Source of the DNA: Cycas panzhihuaensis
Taxonomy: Eukaryota; Plantae; Cycadophyta
Length of the DNA: 64,000 nt
Assembly: GCA_023213395.1 (NCBI GenBank)
Contig: CM041465.1
Span: 179,187,741-179,251,740, forward strand
Direction: 5' to 3'
A model generated the notes under the pieces. It searched no databases, was not told where the DNA came from, and saw only the letters and a list, made by a program, of their open reading frames with translations. The translations under genes and the position numbers were made by a program. This document shows positions 12,734-26,399 of this stretch, piece by piece; within the stretch, counting starts at the first letter, position 1, and every line of letters starts with the position of its first letter.

Positions 12734-15700
12734 TATTGGGGTTAATTCCCCTCACCTAACACCCCCACATTTGGAGCATGTGAGTGCATATTTTCTCATG
12801 GTAAGTTAAGGTGAGTTTACTTTATTATGTTTTGTTATTATTTTAATGTCAAGTTTTTATTTTATATTTGTTTAAATTCTGGAGGTTGAGGAGGTTTCCC
12901 TCATTTCTTAAATGTATAAATCTTATAGGGTGCATAACCCTAGTATTCTTCAACACCACCAAATATTGGAATTATATTGTACTTTTCACAATAGCTTCAT
13001 GAAATGATGTTTTGAATATTAATATTCAACATGGCTTGAGTTATATGTGATCACTTGTTTGGCTTTCTCTCTTACATTATTCAATTCTAACATTATATCT
13101 AAAAGCTATTAAATATCTAATTTTTAACATGGTATCAGAGTTGTGACCAAATTTTAACATGGTATTAGAGTAAATTCTAGTGCATAGCTTCTAGTTCTTA
13201 ATTCTCTCAATGAAAGTGTGGTATACAACTCCTTGTTGGACTCCTAGCAGGCTGATCTACTCAACAAAAAAAATGGCTTGAGATTTCATCCTCTTTGAAA
13301 AGAGATATTGTGATTCAAATTTGTGATCTTCACTATATTTGATAATAGTTTGTTCTTTATATTTTTATATGCATAAATATATTTTGTTATGTAGACTTCC
13401 ATTGGTACTGATCTAAGGAGCTCTATTGTGTGAAAGCCACATTTATTCATAGCTATTTTTGGGAAATATTTTAGTGCTTTGTATAAAGGATTCAAAGATT
13501 TGTTAGAGGTAAACTCTAGTAAAAGTAAGATTTGAAAGCAATATTTATTAAATATTTCATTTATTTTTAACATTATTTGTTATATAGTTCTTGAAAAATA
13601 TTTAATATTTTGATACTTAAGAATTATTTAATCAGTATTTATTTAATATTTACATCTAAATTAATTGTATTCAGCATAACAATAGCCTAGTTTAATTATT
13701 TTTAAAATTTATTTGATAAATATTACATTTTAAACTATTTTTCAAAGGTTTTACAAGGTTTCTAGACTTTCACAGCTCTATTCTTCTCAATACAAAATTA
13801 TTTTTTAAAAATTCTATATCTATTGGGTACCTCTCATTATTATGTCTCTTTCCCTAAATTTTGTCTTATTTCGAGGCCATTTGATCCCTAGTGAAGGTTT
13901 CACACTCCTACTTTGATTTGTCATTTTTGCATGCAAGTCATGTAAGCCTTAAAAAGGTACCTGTGTTATTTTTGTGATATCTCTGCAACTGTTTATCTAA
14001 TTTATGAAGTGTCTAAAGTATCAAAAAGTTGATTTAGAGCTCTACAATTTTGAGTCTTCATTTGCTTGATTTGAGCCATTTTTTATAGAGTTTGATTAGG
14101 TCAAAGTTGACCTTATTTATTGAGATTACTTCATTAGCCACAATCATGTCTGTTCATCGTTTCTTTAATATCTTGAGCTCTACAACTCTAAATCGTAAAT
14201 CGTTTGAACTGTCTGAAAAATATTTCAGAGATCTTTATAATAGAATAACTTTCAATTCATTTTGTAGGTTGTTGAATCTCCTCGAGTTAAGGTTCTAATT
14301 CAATCCTTCTTAGACATTTTGGTTACATTTTTTAAACCAAAACCTTTTGCAATTGAATATATTTGATTAATATCTATCTTTTAGCTGATTATTAATAATA
14401 TTTATTGATGTTTATTAGACTTATAAGCTAAAGGACCCCTTGTTACACTTAAAATGAAAATTGAGTACTTATTAACTTTGGCATTTCATTTTTATTATAT
14501 TTAAAGGTATCTATAAGCTATTTTCTTAATTGATTAAGAAAATTTTATTGAATATTAGTGTTTGTTTAAGTCCATTTTTGTTTCTTATTTGTTTATCAAG
14601 TATACTTTATTTTTCAAAAGATTTTTTTAAATAGCTCATTCTTGTCTTACTTATACTTCATCTAGAAGTATTTACCAACTATTGTTTATACACTTGATCT
14701 CTCTTTTTATAAGTTGAAGGAATTTTAAGTTGCTTAAGGCCTCTTCACATTCCTTAAAGACATTTATGTATATCTTCACATAAAATTGATATATATCAAA
14801 AGATTTAAGTTCTTTATTGTATTCTATAAGACTTCTTATGCATTCTTGGTGAAAATGACATAAGCATTGATTATTCTTTTTTTTCTTAAGAATTGATTAG
14901 TTCTTTAAAGGATTCGTGTTCTTTATTTAAAATATTTTTAAGCATTTAAAAATTTATTGATTCATTTATAAATCCTTCATTTGAAAAGCATTAAGAGTTG
15001 CTTCAAGATTCTTTATTTAAGGAGATTTTCTTATTAAGACATCCTTGTATCAAAGCATTCAAATTAAAATAGCATAAGCATTCTTTTATCTCTCATTCTT
15101 TCAAGCAAGTTGTTTATTTTGTTGTTCAAAGAAAGGGAAATGATTGCATATTCACATCTACATTACTTCATTAAAGGAAATATTTCCTGTGATTTAAAAG
15201 CTTTAATGAGATATACTTCTTTTGTTTAAGATTTATTCATTCATTAGAGATTATGATTCAGTAATTACAATGGCAATGATTGAGAACAACACTAGGTTTT
15301 ACATATTTGATAGGATAAATTTTTATAATTACAAATATATATTAAAATCTCACTTTGTTAAAAATAACTTATGAAAAATTATAGAACATGGTTACGAAGT
15401 GAATGAACTTAATTTTAGATAAAACTTTAGAAAAGATAATGAAGCATTGGCACTAATATTTTATATCATTAATGATAATGTATTTACTCATGTTATTGAT
15501 TTAACCGCATCTAAATCTATATGGAATACCATGGAGTTAATTTGTAGGGGAGAAATTTTAAAATTAAATGAATTTATCTATATTAATGATGTGTTTCCTA
15601 TGAAACATATGGTAGAATAGGTAAATTTTGATGAAAAGATCAATGTTGTAAGTATTTTTTGAGATTCCAATAAGATCAATGAACATAATAATGCATGTAC

Positions 15701-16402
15701 ATATAACACAATTGATTCTCATAAGGCACAAGATTAAGAAGACCAATTCAAAGATGGAGACATTACTACTCATTTGAAGAAAGCCACACCTATTTGGGAA
15801 CCATTTAAGATACTCATTGATGAAAAGATGATATTATAAGTTGATGACCACATTAAGAATGGAGATAAAGCTATAAGATACAAGTCTAATCTCTTCTTTA
15901 GAATGTACCTCAAATATGTATTCCGCAAGTTTAAAGAGATATTGAAGATGTATATGATGGACATTAAGGGGGAGAATGTTGGGGTTAATGCCCCTCACAT
16001 GACGCCCCCATGTTTAAAGCATGTAAGTACACATTTTCTCATGGTAAGTTAAGGTGGGTTTACTTTATTATATTTTGTTATTAGTTTAATGTTAAATTAT
16101 TATTTTATATTTGTTTAAATTCTACAGGTTGAGGAGGTTTTCCTACTTCCTCAAAGGTATAAATCTTACGGGGTGCATAACCTTAGTGTTCTTCAATACC
16201 ACCAAATATTGGAATTATGTTGTACTCTTCATAATGACTAAATGAAATAATATTTTGAATATTGATCTCTAACACGTCTTGAGTTATATATGATCACCTA
16301 CTTGGATCTCTCTCTTACATTTTTTAATTCTAACATTGTATCTAGAAGTTATTGAACATCTAATTTTTAACATGGTATTAGAGCTATGATTAAATTCTAA
16401 TA
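12734..16402 (+). mobile_element. Element B: non-autonomous gag-only (TR-GAG-like) LTR retroelement
   Basis: 426-bp LTRs 12734-13159 and 15977-16402, perfect TSD aatat, PBS 13160-13170, PPT aagggggagaa 15966-15976. Only a decayed gag N-terminus (~15268-15570), similar to that of element G; no pol. Confidence 0.88.
15268..15570 (+). pseudogene. Copia gag N-terminal remnant in element B
   Basis: DNEALALIFYIINDNVFTHV...SKSIWNTMELICRG aligns with element G DNEAFALMFCALEDHVFP...SKEAWDTLQLIYEG. Confidence 0.7.
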
Positions 16403-16697
16403 AATATTAAGATTCCATCACATGTATAGAAATTTATACTTGGATCATATATTTTAAATCCCATTATAAAGAAAATTATATATGCAAACTAGTGCCATAT
16501 AGTATGTTTTTCTTAGATTCTCGTATTATCAATATAACGTATAGCTTACTAGTCTTATGGCTTAGTATATATTATTATTATTTTGGCAATTTAGTTTAGA
16601 TGATCTTGAGAAGGTAGTATCCTTGGTATTAAAAAAGGAAAAGAGAAAAAATATATATTATTATTATATACCATTTAAGATATTAGGTTGTCATGAG

Positions 16698-17420
16698 TGG
16701 TATCGAAGAAAAAGGATTCAAAGCTTAAGAGAACCTAAATTACAGTGCTAATCTATGAGGTAAATTCCTTTTTAAGCCTATAGACCATTTTAGCATCTAA
16801 AATAATATCATAGATCTAAGATTCTTATGACCTAGGAACTCATAAGAAGGTAAATTACTCTTTGCAAATAAATTCAACAAAGCTAAGTATTAAGGGGTAC
16901 AACCCTAATCAACCTTAAGGATTTTGTTAATAGAGGAGGATAAAAAGGAGTACTATAAAATTCATTCCAAAAGGTAAATTATTATAACAGGAGATTATGC
17001 CAACTTAAAGTTTTATTAGAAGTATTAATGTTCTAAAAAATATATACTTGATAGTCTATGGGTTAATTTTATACCAATTTGGAGAAATTTTGTAATAAGT
17101 AGGTTTTATTTTCAAAGTTATAGCTTATAAAGTACATCTCATAACTAATTAGAAATTGGAAAATATAAGTATCTTTATACTATACATAGTTGTTTTTTTG
17201 GTTTAACTATAAATTCCTAATAGAATTTAAGAAATGTTTTCAAGATAGAGAATTTTATTATTCCCTAAGGAACTCCTAGAATAGGAAGTTCAAGCAACTT
17301 CTCTATAAATATTTAGATCAACCTTATGAATTAGCATTAAGACTAAATGCGACATTTAGAAAATTTTTAATCACATATAAAACCTAATTTTGCATCATCT
17401 TATACTTTCTTATAAAACCA
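16698..17420 (+). mobile_element. Possible PBS plus internal remnant of an older host LTR element into which A, B and C inserted
   Basis: tggtatcgaag at 16698 after ...gttgtca; flanks 4300-4892, 12315-12728 and 16408-16697 look LTR-like; boundaries not resolved. Confidence 0.3.
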
Positions 17421-17424
17421 CTAT

Positions 17425-19410
17425 TGTAAAGAAAATAAAGAAGTCAAGATAATGGCAAAAACATAATATGGTTAATTTAGATAATTGTGAAGATGAAGAA
17501 ATAACATTGACAGGAATCTTATGAATAAAATGAGTAGGATTAAAACATACAAAAACATAAGAATCATTAGGTAGAATTAGTTTACCTTTAAAAAATTTTC
17601 ATTCATTAATAATGCTTAATATATAATTTATAAGATACTATACACATATATACAAAATGGGATTGATAATGATTTATAACTAACTTGTAACTTCCTTGAT
17701 GCTTATCATTATATTAAATGATAGCCCTATAAGTCACCAAATATTCTTCTAACTCGTCATTATTATTAGGATCCTTGACATAAATATTAATTTGACACTC
17801 CTCCTTACTATTTAAATCATTGTATTTGATGCTAATATGTAATTTAGATTTGCCAAATTTGTCCCTAACTAATGGTTTGGTGAAGATATTTGGCAATCAC
17901 TCTTATAGGATTATATAAGAGCTCAATCTCTCCATTTTATATCTAATCCTAGAATAAATAGTGATGCGTCTTAATATGTTTGGTGAAAGTATGGAACATC
18001 AAACTCTTAGTAATCTTCAATAGACTCTAATTATCACAGTAAAAAGGAGTTGCCTTATCCTCATAAAGTCCCAAACCACCAAGGACCTATCTCAATGAGA
18101 TGGACTCGTATGTTGATATAATTATAGCTTTGTAATCTACCTCAATAGATGATAATGCAACATCAACTTCTTCTTGTTGTTCTAAGTAACAACAATAGAG
18201 CCCAAACTAAAGTAATGTTCTAAAGTGAACCTTCTACTATCAACACGTTTAGACCAATTAGAATTTGAATACCCTTCTTGCCTAAAATTATCATTCTAGC
18301 TAAATTATAATCTATAGTTTAGTATTCCTTACAAATATTTAAGGATATTCTTTGTATGTTTTTAATGGATTTACTTCATCTCTACCATGAACCTCAACAC
18401 CATAGCAAGTGTAAAGGATATATTAGGCCTATTTGTAGTCAAATAAATCAAGCTAGAAACTGGTCGCCCGTATATAGTGCCATCTATATGATCTTCATCA
18501 TATAGACCTATTAATTTTAGATCTATCTTTAAGGGGATTAGGAAAAGTTTATAGTACTTCATTCTAAATTTTATTAAAAATTTCAATCATACTTAACCTA
18601 TGAAATGATTATTTTTCTAGGCTTTTTCTAAACTTCCACTCTTAAAAAGTAGTGGAGCAGTCTAAGATCTATCATCTCTAATGTTCTCATAAGATCATCC
18701 TTTAGGTCTTCAATCTTTGAGGTAATATTACGTGTAATCACAAGATCATCCATATACAAATGATAAAGATGACTAAATATTCACCTTCAAATTTGATATA
18801 TAAGTTTGGATCAACTGGTGATCTCTCAAACTTGTTATTTAGAAAATATTGATTTATCTTTAAATATTAAGCTCTTAAAGCCTATTGTAAGCTATACAAA
18901 GATTTCTTCAAATAACATATAAAATATTCTCCACATTTTACAATATATCTAGATATATACTCTATATAAACCTCCTCCTCAAAATCCCCATTTAGAAAGA
19001 CACTTTTGACATCAAGTTAGTATAACATCCATTTAAGCTGAGTAGTCATTACTAGCATTAGTCTAACCATCACCATCTTTACTACTAGAGCAAATGTCTC
19101 TTAGTAATTAATACCTTTGATCTGCTTGAAACCCTTCACTACAAGTCTAACTTTGTATTTATCAATTGCGCCACCAGATATAAATTTGGTATTATAGACC
19201 CATTTACATCCAATCGCTTATTTACCTACTGGTAAATCAACTAAGTCCCAAGTTTTATTTTGCTCCATAATATAGATCTCAACTTGCATAATTAGTCTCT
19301 ATTTTTACTCCTAATATACCTTCTCAAAACTCAAAATCTTATTATCATTAAGTATGTCTACCATCAAAGTAAATTTGACCATCTTAGATTTCATCCTTGA
19401 CTTATGTTTT
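17425..19410 (-). mobile_element. Element C copy 1: Copia RT-RNase H, PPT and 3' LTR (continues at 30965-31610 after Gypsy D)
   Basis: LIYLTTNRPNISF and MPNIFTKPL remnants in the ORF track; PPT (rc ctcctcctt) 17798-17806; LTR begins TGTCAAA at 17797 on the minus strand; left boundary approximate. Confidence 0.8.
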
Positions 19411-20111
19411 TATTACATGACCACCCACTATTAAATAAAACAAATTAGCTAGCATATGTGATAAGACACTTTGGTGGTTAGTGTTAACTATTAACATTTG
19501 TGTATGGGCTACTTATATTTTCCAATAAGATTAAAGGTTGTTTATTCCACCAATGATATTTTCATATGAGAGGTGTCTCTTGCGTGTTTAAGGCTGGCCT
19601 TTTATAAAGTAATGACATTATGTATTTATCTTTCTTGAGAGATTATACTTACGTACTCTTTTAGTTTTCTTTAGTGATATTTAGTGCTCTTGAGTGAACT
19701 CCATTACATAATCAAATTTTTGTATTCTACAAATAAAGAATTTTATTTATTTCTTTAGAGTTAATATTTATGCATTAAGTTTTAGTTATTCTTATATGTG
19801 AATGAACCATCAGGATAATCATGTTCTAAGTGGTATCAGAGTCATATTTACAATCAACTTTAAGGGACTAAGACTATGAAGCTATAAGAAAAAAGTAAGA
19901 GACTTGGGTTTTTTGTTTTTCTCCATAATAAAATTTCTTACAAACTCTCTTTTGTATTTGTTTCTATCTTTTCTACTCTATAATAGCTCTACATTTTTTA
20001 TATTATGCTACAAGAATGTAATAAACTCTCCCACCCCCTTTTCCTTATAAGTTAGATAGAGACCCTATGTTAGGAGTCTATAAATATCATAAGGAATTAT
20101 TATTCTCAACA

Positions 20112-23100
20112 TATTAGAATATGTGATTATTTATATATTTATTGTTTAATATTAATGGTATGAACTCACACATAATATCACTCACTATATGCATTGAAAG
20201 ATATGGCAATGTACACTTTTTTATATAAACATCATATTGGATAATATAGAGGGTCAAAATAATTAATAGGTTACTCATAAGATGATTATCACTATAAATA
20301 TATACATACACCACTTGAGAAATTGAGAAAAGTCTTTGACCTAGAGATATATCCATTCTAATATCTAAAAGGAACTCCCAACTTTCACTTTTTCATATAG
20401 TTTTTTTTAATACTAGAATTTTTATGTATAAATTTATTGTCTCTCTTATGGTGTATGCTTCTTATACTTGATACGTTATGATTTATATTATTGCTCTTTA
20501 TATTTATTTTACATACATGATCTATATACATTCCATGTGAGATAATTCACTGATTATATATGTTTGTTATACTCCTATTACTAATAATCATTATATCATA
20601 ATATGGTATCAAACTTAAATTCTTAATTCTAATATGGTATCAGAGGCATGTTATGAAAAGGTCTTATCCAAATAGGTGGAAGCCTGTATAAAGCCAATTG
20701 ATGAGCTCGTATTCCAATTATAGAGCTAATGACAAATCTAGTATATGAGCTAGTATAAGAGCTAGTTATAAGATGAATTTGTTGAGCTAAAAATCTCAGT
20801 ATACTAGTTATTCTAATGATATATGACTATGATTTTGGGTCTAGGTAAAGTTGATGAAAATAAGATGAGAGTTGCATATAACAGATAAAGTTGCATGATG
20901 ATGAAATAATGATATTGATAAGTAATATTAATTTTTAAATTTTTGTGGGGAACTATTTAGGCATGTTATATGTATATATTTGAGACATAGAGGTATTTGA
21001 AGCAAGTCCCTTGAATGATAAGGAGATATTAATGTCAATTAAGTTTGCTAATGTAAATTAAGCCTTGCAGACATGATTGAGGTTTTATGAAATTGGTCAC
21101 TTTACTTAACCTTATAACTAGTAAGCAATGAAGATATTAAATATAACTTAGTACCCCATTAATATGTGAAACAAGCAGTAGGCATGTACAAAATGATAAG
21201 TGACAAATTAAGATAGGTATGAGGCAGTATTTAATACTAAATTTAAAGGCATCTAGCATGCATTAAATTATGGTAATTATGAAGCTATTTTGATTTTGAT
21301 AGCATGAAATGAGATGTGATATTTATGAGGATATCATTATTATAAAGAGCATGTGATATATGGGAAAAGCACATATATTATTGATACAGGGTTTGATAAA
21401 GGTATTATTAGATGAGAAAATATACTCTATTTTAAGTATATATCTACAAGTTGGTTGCTTCTATTTTTGCCTATTTTTAGGTCATTTCTATTCTAAACCC
21501 ATTTGAAACCCTATTTCTCTATTTTGCATTCGCATTTGGAGTCATTCTATTTGTGTTTTTTGTAAGTGACCTAAATTCAATTTATATGTAATTTTGGATG
21601 GGTGATTAAGTTTTTATTCATTTTCATGGTCAGACAAAAGCTAAGATAAAGGAGTAGCATAGAGACAAGAGATAATGCTAGCACAATGGTGTGAAAAGTA
21701 TTAGAGGATATTAAAATTAGTATTTTAATAGAAAGATATAGAGGGAGTTAAGTAACGACCATAGGTGAAGGTTTGCCAAGAATTTAATATATATAATGTA
21801 GTGCCATACCTTGCCACCACTTATTATATATATCCAAAAGTAGGTTTATTGACTATTGACTTTTGTCTCTAACACGACAAATTTTTTAAAGAGGGTTATC
21901 TTAGGAATCTCTATTGAACATCCATCCTCTACTATTGGCTTCATAGGATCAAATGTTAAATCAAATGTGCATTCTTTTATATTTCCTCATTTCTTTAATG
22001 GATCATTTAGGCTTTGAATAAGTGAAAAAGCTTGATGTTTTTAGGTAATCTCGAGGAACCTTGCAATGATAATTTTACCCATTGATTACATTCTAAGCAT
22101 TTGATTAAATAGTTGCGAGAGATAGGATTTGGTAATTAAGTTATGTTCTAATGGTGAGGCAGCTTACTTATATAAGATTAGCATAATAAATGACCAAAAG
22201 ATAACACCATTGGAATCTTCTCTTATTTATTATATTACTAAAAATAGATTGAACATTTGAGAAAGCCCACAAAGGTTGCCTACCCACGCATGAAGAATGA
22301 AAATCTATGGCCACAGATCAACACCTAGTAATTACATAAAGAAATTATAGTAAAAGTATAATAGTTATAAGATATCAAAGCCACACCTTTGAAGAAATAT
22401 AATGCACCAAGCTTGTGAAGAAATGATTACCAAAGATGAAAACTCTGTATAGATGGATCTAACATGCTATTACAAAGAGGAGAAGTTCACTCATAAAAAA
22501 TGCATACTTGGATCATACATTGTGATTCAATTGTAAAATAGTATACAAAAATTGATCCAAAGGAGAATATACATATAATAGAGAAATTACCCACAAAGTA
22601 GTAGTGTGTAGGTCATAATTAACAAATGTAAAAATTATATTAAATATATTTGATTTTTTTTTTATTTAAAAAATTAAAATAAGTTATTTTTGATAAGTTC
22701 TAAAATCCACAAATCCCTCTTGCACTTTAGCAAATGGTCACATGGAGACAATGCGTGACCAACAACCCAAGCCAAAAGGGACTAAATAATTTTTCTTAAG
22801 GATCACACACTTTTTATGACATATTAACATAGTTTTTACCATAAATTCTCATTGGAGTATCCTTTTTTCATCCCATTAGTTAAATTAAAAATAGAATTTT
22901 GAGACAATTGAAATGAGTGATCATAAGGCATATTTAAAAGATTAAGTGATAGAGATATTAATTGATAAAATTAAGAAAAATTATTTTAATCTCATAAAAC
23001 ATTAATTTTATGATCTCTTTCAGAAACGTTTTCACATATTTTGATGTTTTCAAGGGTTTTAGATATGATGATAATATTATTATTAATAGATGAAGAAAAA

Positions 23101-24867
23101 AAAAAGAAGAAGTTTAGTTTAAAATAAAGATATTTAAGGCTTATTTATGATAATTGAAACTCATAATAGATAAAAAATTTGTAAAGTAGATTATGTTTGA
23201 TATGATATTAATATTAAAAAAATTTAATATATGTTTGACATGAGAATCCCCCTTAGCATCCATATATTTGATTTAGTGTAAGTGCATGACACTTATCAAA
23301 TATCATTGATCACTTAGTTTGAACACTTATTCTTGAATGAATGATTTATGACATATATTTTGATGAATTATGACACCAATTAATATCTTGATAAAGGGTC
23401 TAGTTTGTTTATTGAGGAGAAGTTAAGAATTCCAATTATGTTATAAGGCAAGAATGAAAAGTCTTGAATATTTATTTACCTAACATACTAATTCAACTAT
23501 TGAGGTTCTCTAGCTGACATATGATAAGTGTTTGTACATGAGAAATCTAGCTTACAAGAGGTATAGAAACACATAATTTATATTCCTTATTACAATTAAC
23601 TTATCTTGGCTAGGTAGCTTGGCATATTCTTAGAGTTAATATATTTGGATGATAAAATTGATAATGATGTTTTTATTATTGGTTACTAAAAAAAAGTTGC
23701 AAGTGTATAGAAGCATCAATAAAGATAGCACGTAAGATATTTACTTATATATAAGAGGCAAGATGAATAATACTACTCTTATATAATACATAGATTATGT
23801 TGTTAATCTCATATACAAGGGGTGAGATATTTTATGCTACTCTTATTTACTAATAAACCATATATAAGAAGCACTTCCTATATAACTACTTATTACATTT
23901 ATTAGTTACCTATATATTTCGATATATGGTTATTATTTTATATCAACATCAATAATTATTTTTAAGGTTGTTGATGATTGGTTGACAAATGATGTTTGAC
24001 AATAGCTTTACAGGTGAATATATAAAGATATTTAAGAAAACACTTAATATCTTAGTTTATGTTGATAATTAATGATATTTTATAGGCTGGTTATTCATAG
24101 TTAATCATTGATGATCACAGATGACTATAAGTTAATTACAAGTTTTATAGGTTAATACATATAAAAAATAATTACAATGATGATAAATTTATAGGTTATA
24201 GGTCATGATATAATATAATACAACTTTATACTGATTAGACATAGGTTACAAGATCTAACAGTCATGAAGATATGAAGGTATTAAAGACCAAGAAGATAAA
24301 TAAAATAAAAACTTGAAGATGAAGAATTAAAGATATTACATATTAAAGGGGAATATTAGAATATGTGATTATTCATATATTTATTGTTTAATATTAGTAT
24401 TATGAACCCACACATAATCCCACTCACTAGATATATTTAGAGATATGATAATACATACTTATTCATGTAAACATCCTATTGGATAATGCAAAAACTTAAA
24501 AGAAATAATAGGCTACTCATAAGATGACTATTGTTATAAATATACATACATACCACTTGAGAAAGATCCTTAACCTAAAGATGTATTTATTTTGATGTCT
24601 AAGAGGAGTTCCTAACTCTAATTTTCTCCCATGTTTCTTTTTGCACTAGATTTTTCACATATAAATCTTTTATATTTCTAGCGGTACATGATTCTTATAT
24701 TTGATAATTTATGATTCATGTTATTGCTCTTTATATTCATCTTATTTACATGATCTATGTACATTTCTCATGATATAATTCATTGATTATATATGCTTGC
24801 TACACTTATATTACCAATAATTATTATATCATAACATGGTATCAAACTTAAGTTCTAAATTCTAACA
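20112..24867 (+). mobile_element. Element E: non-coding (LARD-like) LTR element nested in the leader of D
   Basis: LTRs 20112-20634 and 24354-24867, PBS tggtatcagagg 20635-20646, PPT aaaggggaa 24345-24353, no recognisable retroviral ORF. Flanks caaca/tgatc are compatible with a CpG-decayed TSD. Confidence 0.85.
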
Positions 24868-25449
24868 TGATCAAGCATACATGAAGCAAAGAAAATTCAC
24901 ATTTCTTACATAAGCCTTACATATTGCCTAACTATAAAAGCAAATCTCCATGTACCTTTAGGTATATTAGAGGATCCTTTTGAGTTATCTATTTATACAT
25001 AATATAAGCATATTGTCAATTTCTTATCATCTATAGTACATTAGTTAGTAGTTAGTGCTAGAAGCTACCATTATCAAACATCTTTGCATGACTCTCATAG
25101 TTATAACAACATATATTCCTCTATAATTAGTACCTTGAGATGTTAAGATGGGCATTGGTGTTAATAGAGAAGTTTATTAAAGGGCCTATAGACCAAGTAA
25201 ACTTATGTCAAGGTCCAGTAGGATGCCTATTACATCTAATACTACTATATTACTAAAAATTATTGAGATTATTATACTTCCACAAATAAATAAAGTTTGA
25301 GATTACAAATTCTATAACATCAATAGTGTAATAACATAATAGTATATTATAATAACAACACTAAAGTATACATAGACTTATTCTTATTCAAACCTTAAAT
25401 CTAGAGTTGAGTCCTTGACTTCAAAGTCTAGCATTCTCTTTTTTACCCC

Positions 25450-25460
25450 CTCTCTCTCTC

Positions 25461-25498
<38 letters not shown>

Positions 25499-25573
25499 CA
25501 CACACACACACACATACACATACACACACACACACACATATATACATACATATGTATGTGTGTGTGTATGTGT
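25450..25573. repeat. Compound microsatellite (CT)n-(TG)n-(CA)n-(TA)-(TG)n
   Basis: Seen directly. Confidence 0.95.
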
Positions 25574-26399
25574 AAGAGCTATCTCCTAGTACATAGGTTC
25601 AATTCAATAAATATTTGTTGGATTTAGATGAAACATACACCATTTAGTTCAGTGTTAGAAAAAAAAAAAAGTCCATGACCCAAAATCAACCCTAGTTATT
25701 TATACATCTTATTTCAATCAATGCATTGTATAGATCATTTTTCACTAGGGTCATTTAAACCAACTTTTTAGTAATATGTAAGCATTGTACAAGCTCTATA
25801 ACTTAATTTTTTCATTTAAAACTCACCTATGTTATTTCAATAAGCTTTTCATACTCATAATACTACACTAAGTGAATTTATTAAGAATTTTTTGGGGTCA
25901 ATAAGATATAAACATCCCCCTTCCTCTTCTTGTTTATACCATTTCCTAATCCTTTAGTCTTATTCTATCTGTTTACTTTTCCTTCTTCATGAATACAATT
26001 CTATTTACTTATCCCTCTTTTTTGAATTTTCTTTCTCCTTTTATGCAATAGTGGATCTTATATTAATGGTTCCCATATAGGTAGATCACATTGAGATTTA
26101 GAGGTTCTATTTACAATACTAGATTAATATATTAAGAAGTTTGATCAAAAATAGGATGCAATGGATCAATGCATGAAGGATATTATCTAGAAATAAGACA
26201 CAATGGATTTATACATCAAGGACATTAACTAGAAATAAGATGATTTTGGTAAAATATTAAATAAGATACTCATACATCTAGCATAGATTTCATCCACCTC
26301 TTACATGCCATGTCTCCCATCTCTGCCTCATAATACAACAGGTCCTTCCCTTCCACTATTAGAGTAATAATCTGTTTATAAAATTCATATCCTAACATT

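Noticed and set aside
21700-22900. Possible captured gene/DNA-transposon fragment inside element E
   Set aside because: Segment appears absent from E2, but I could not read any motif or boundary
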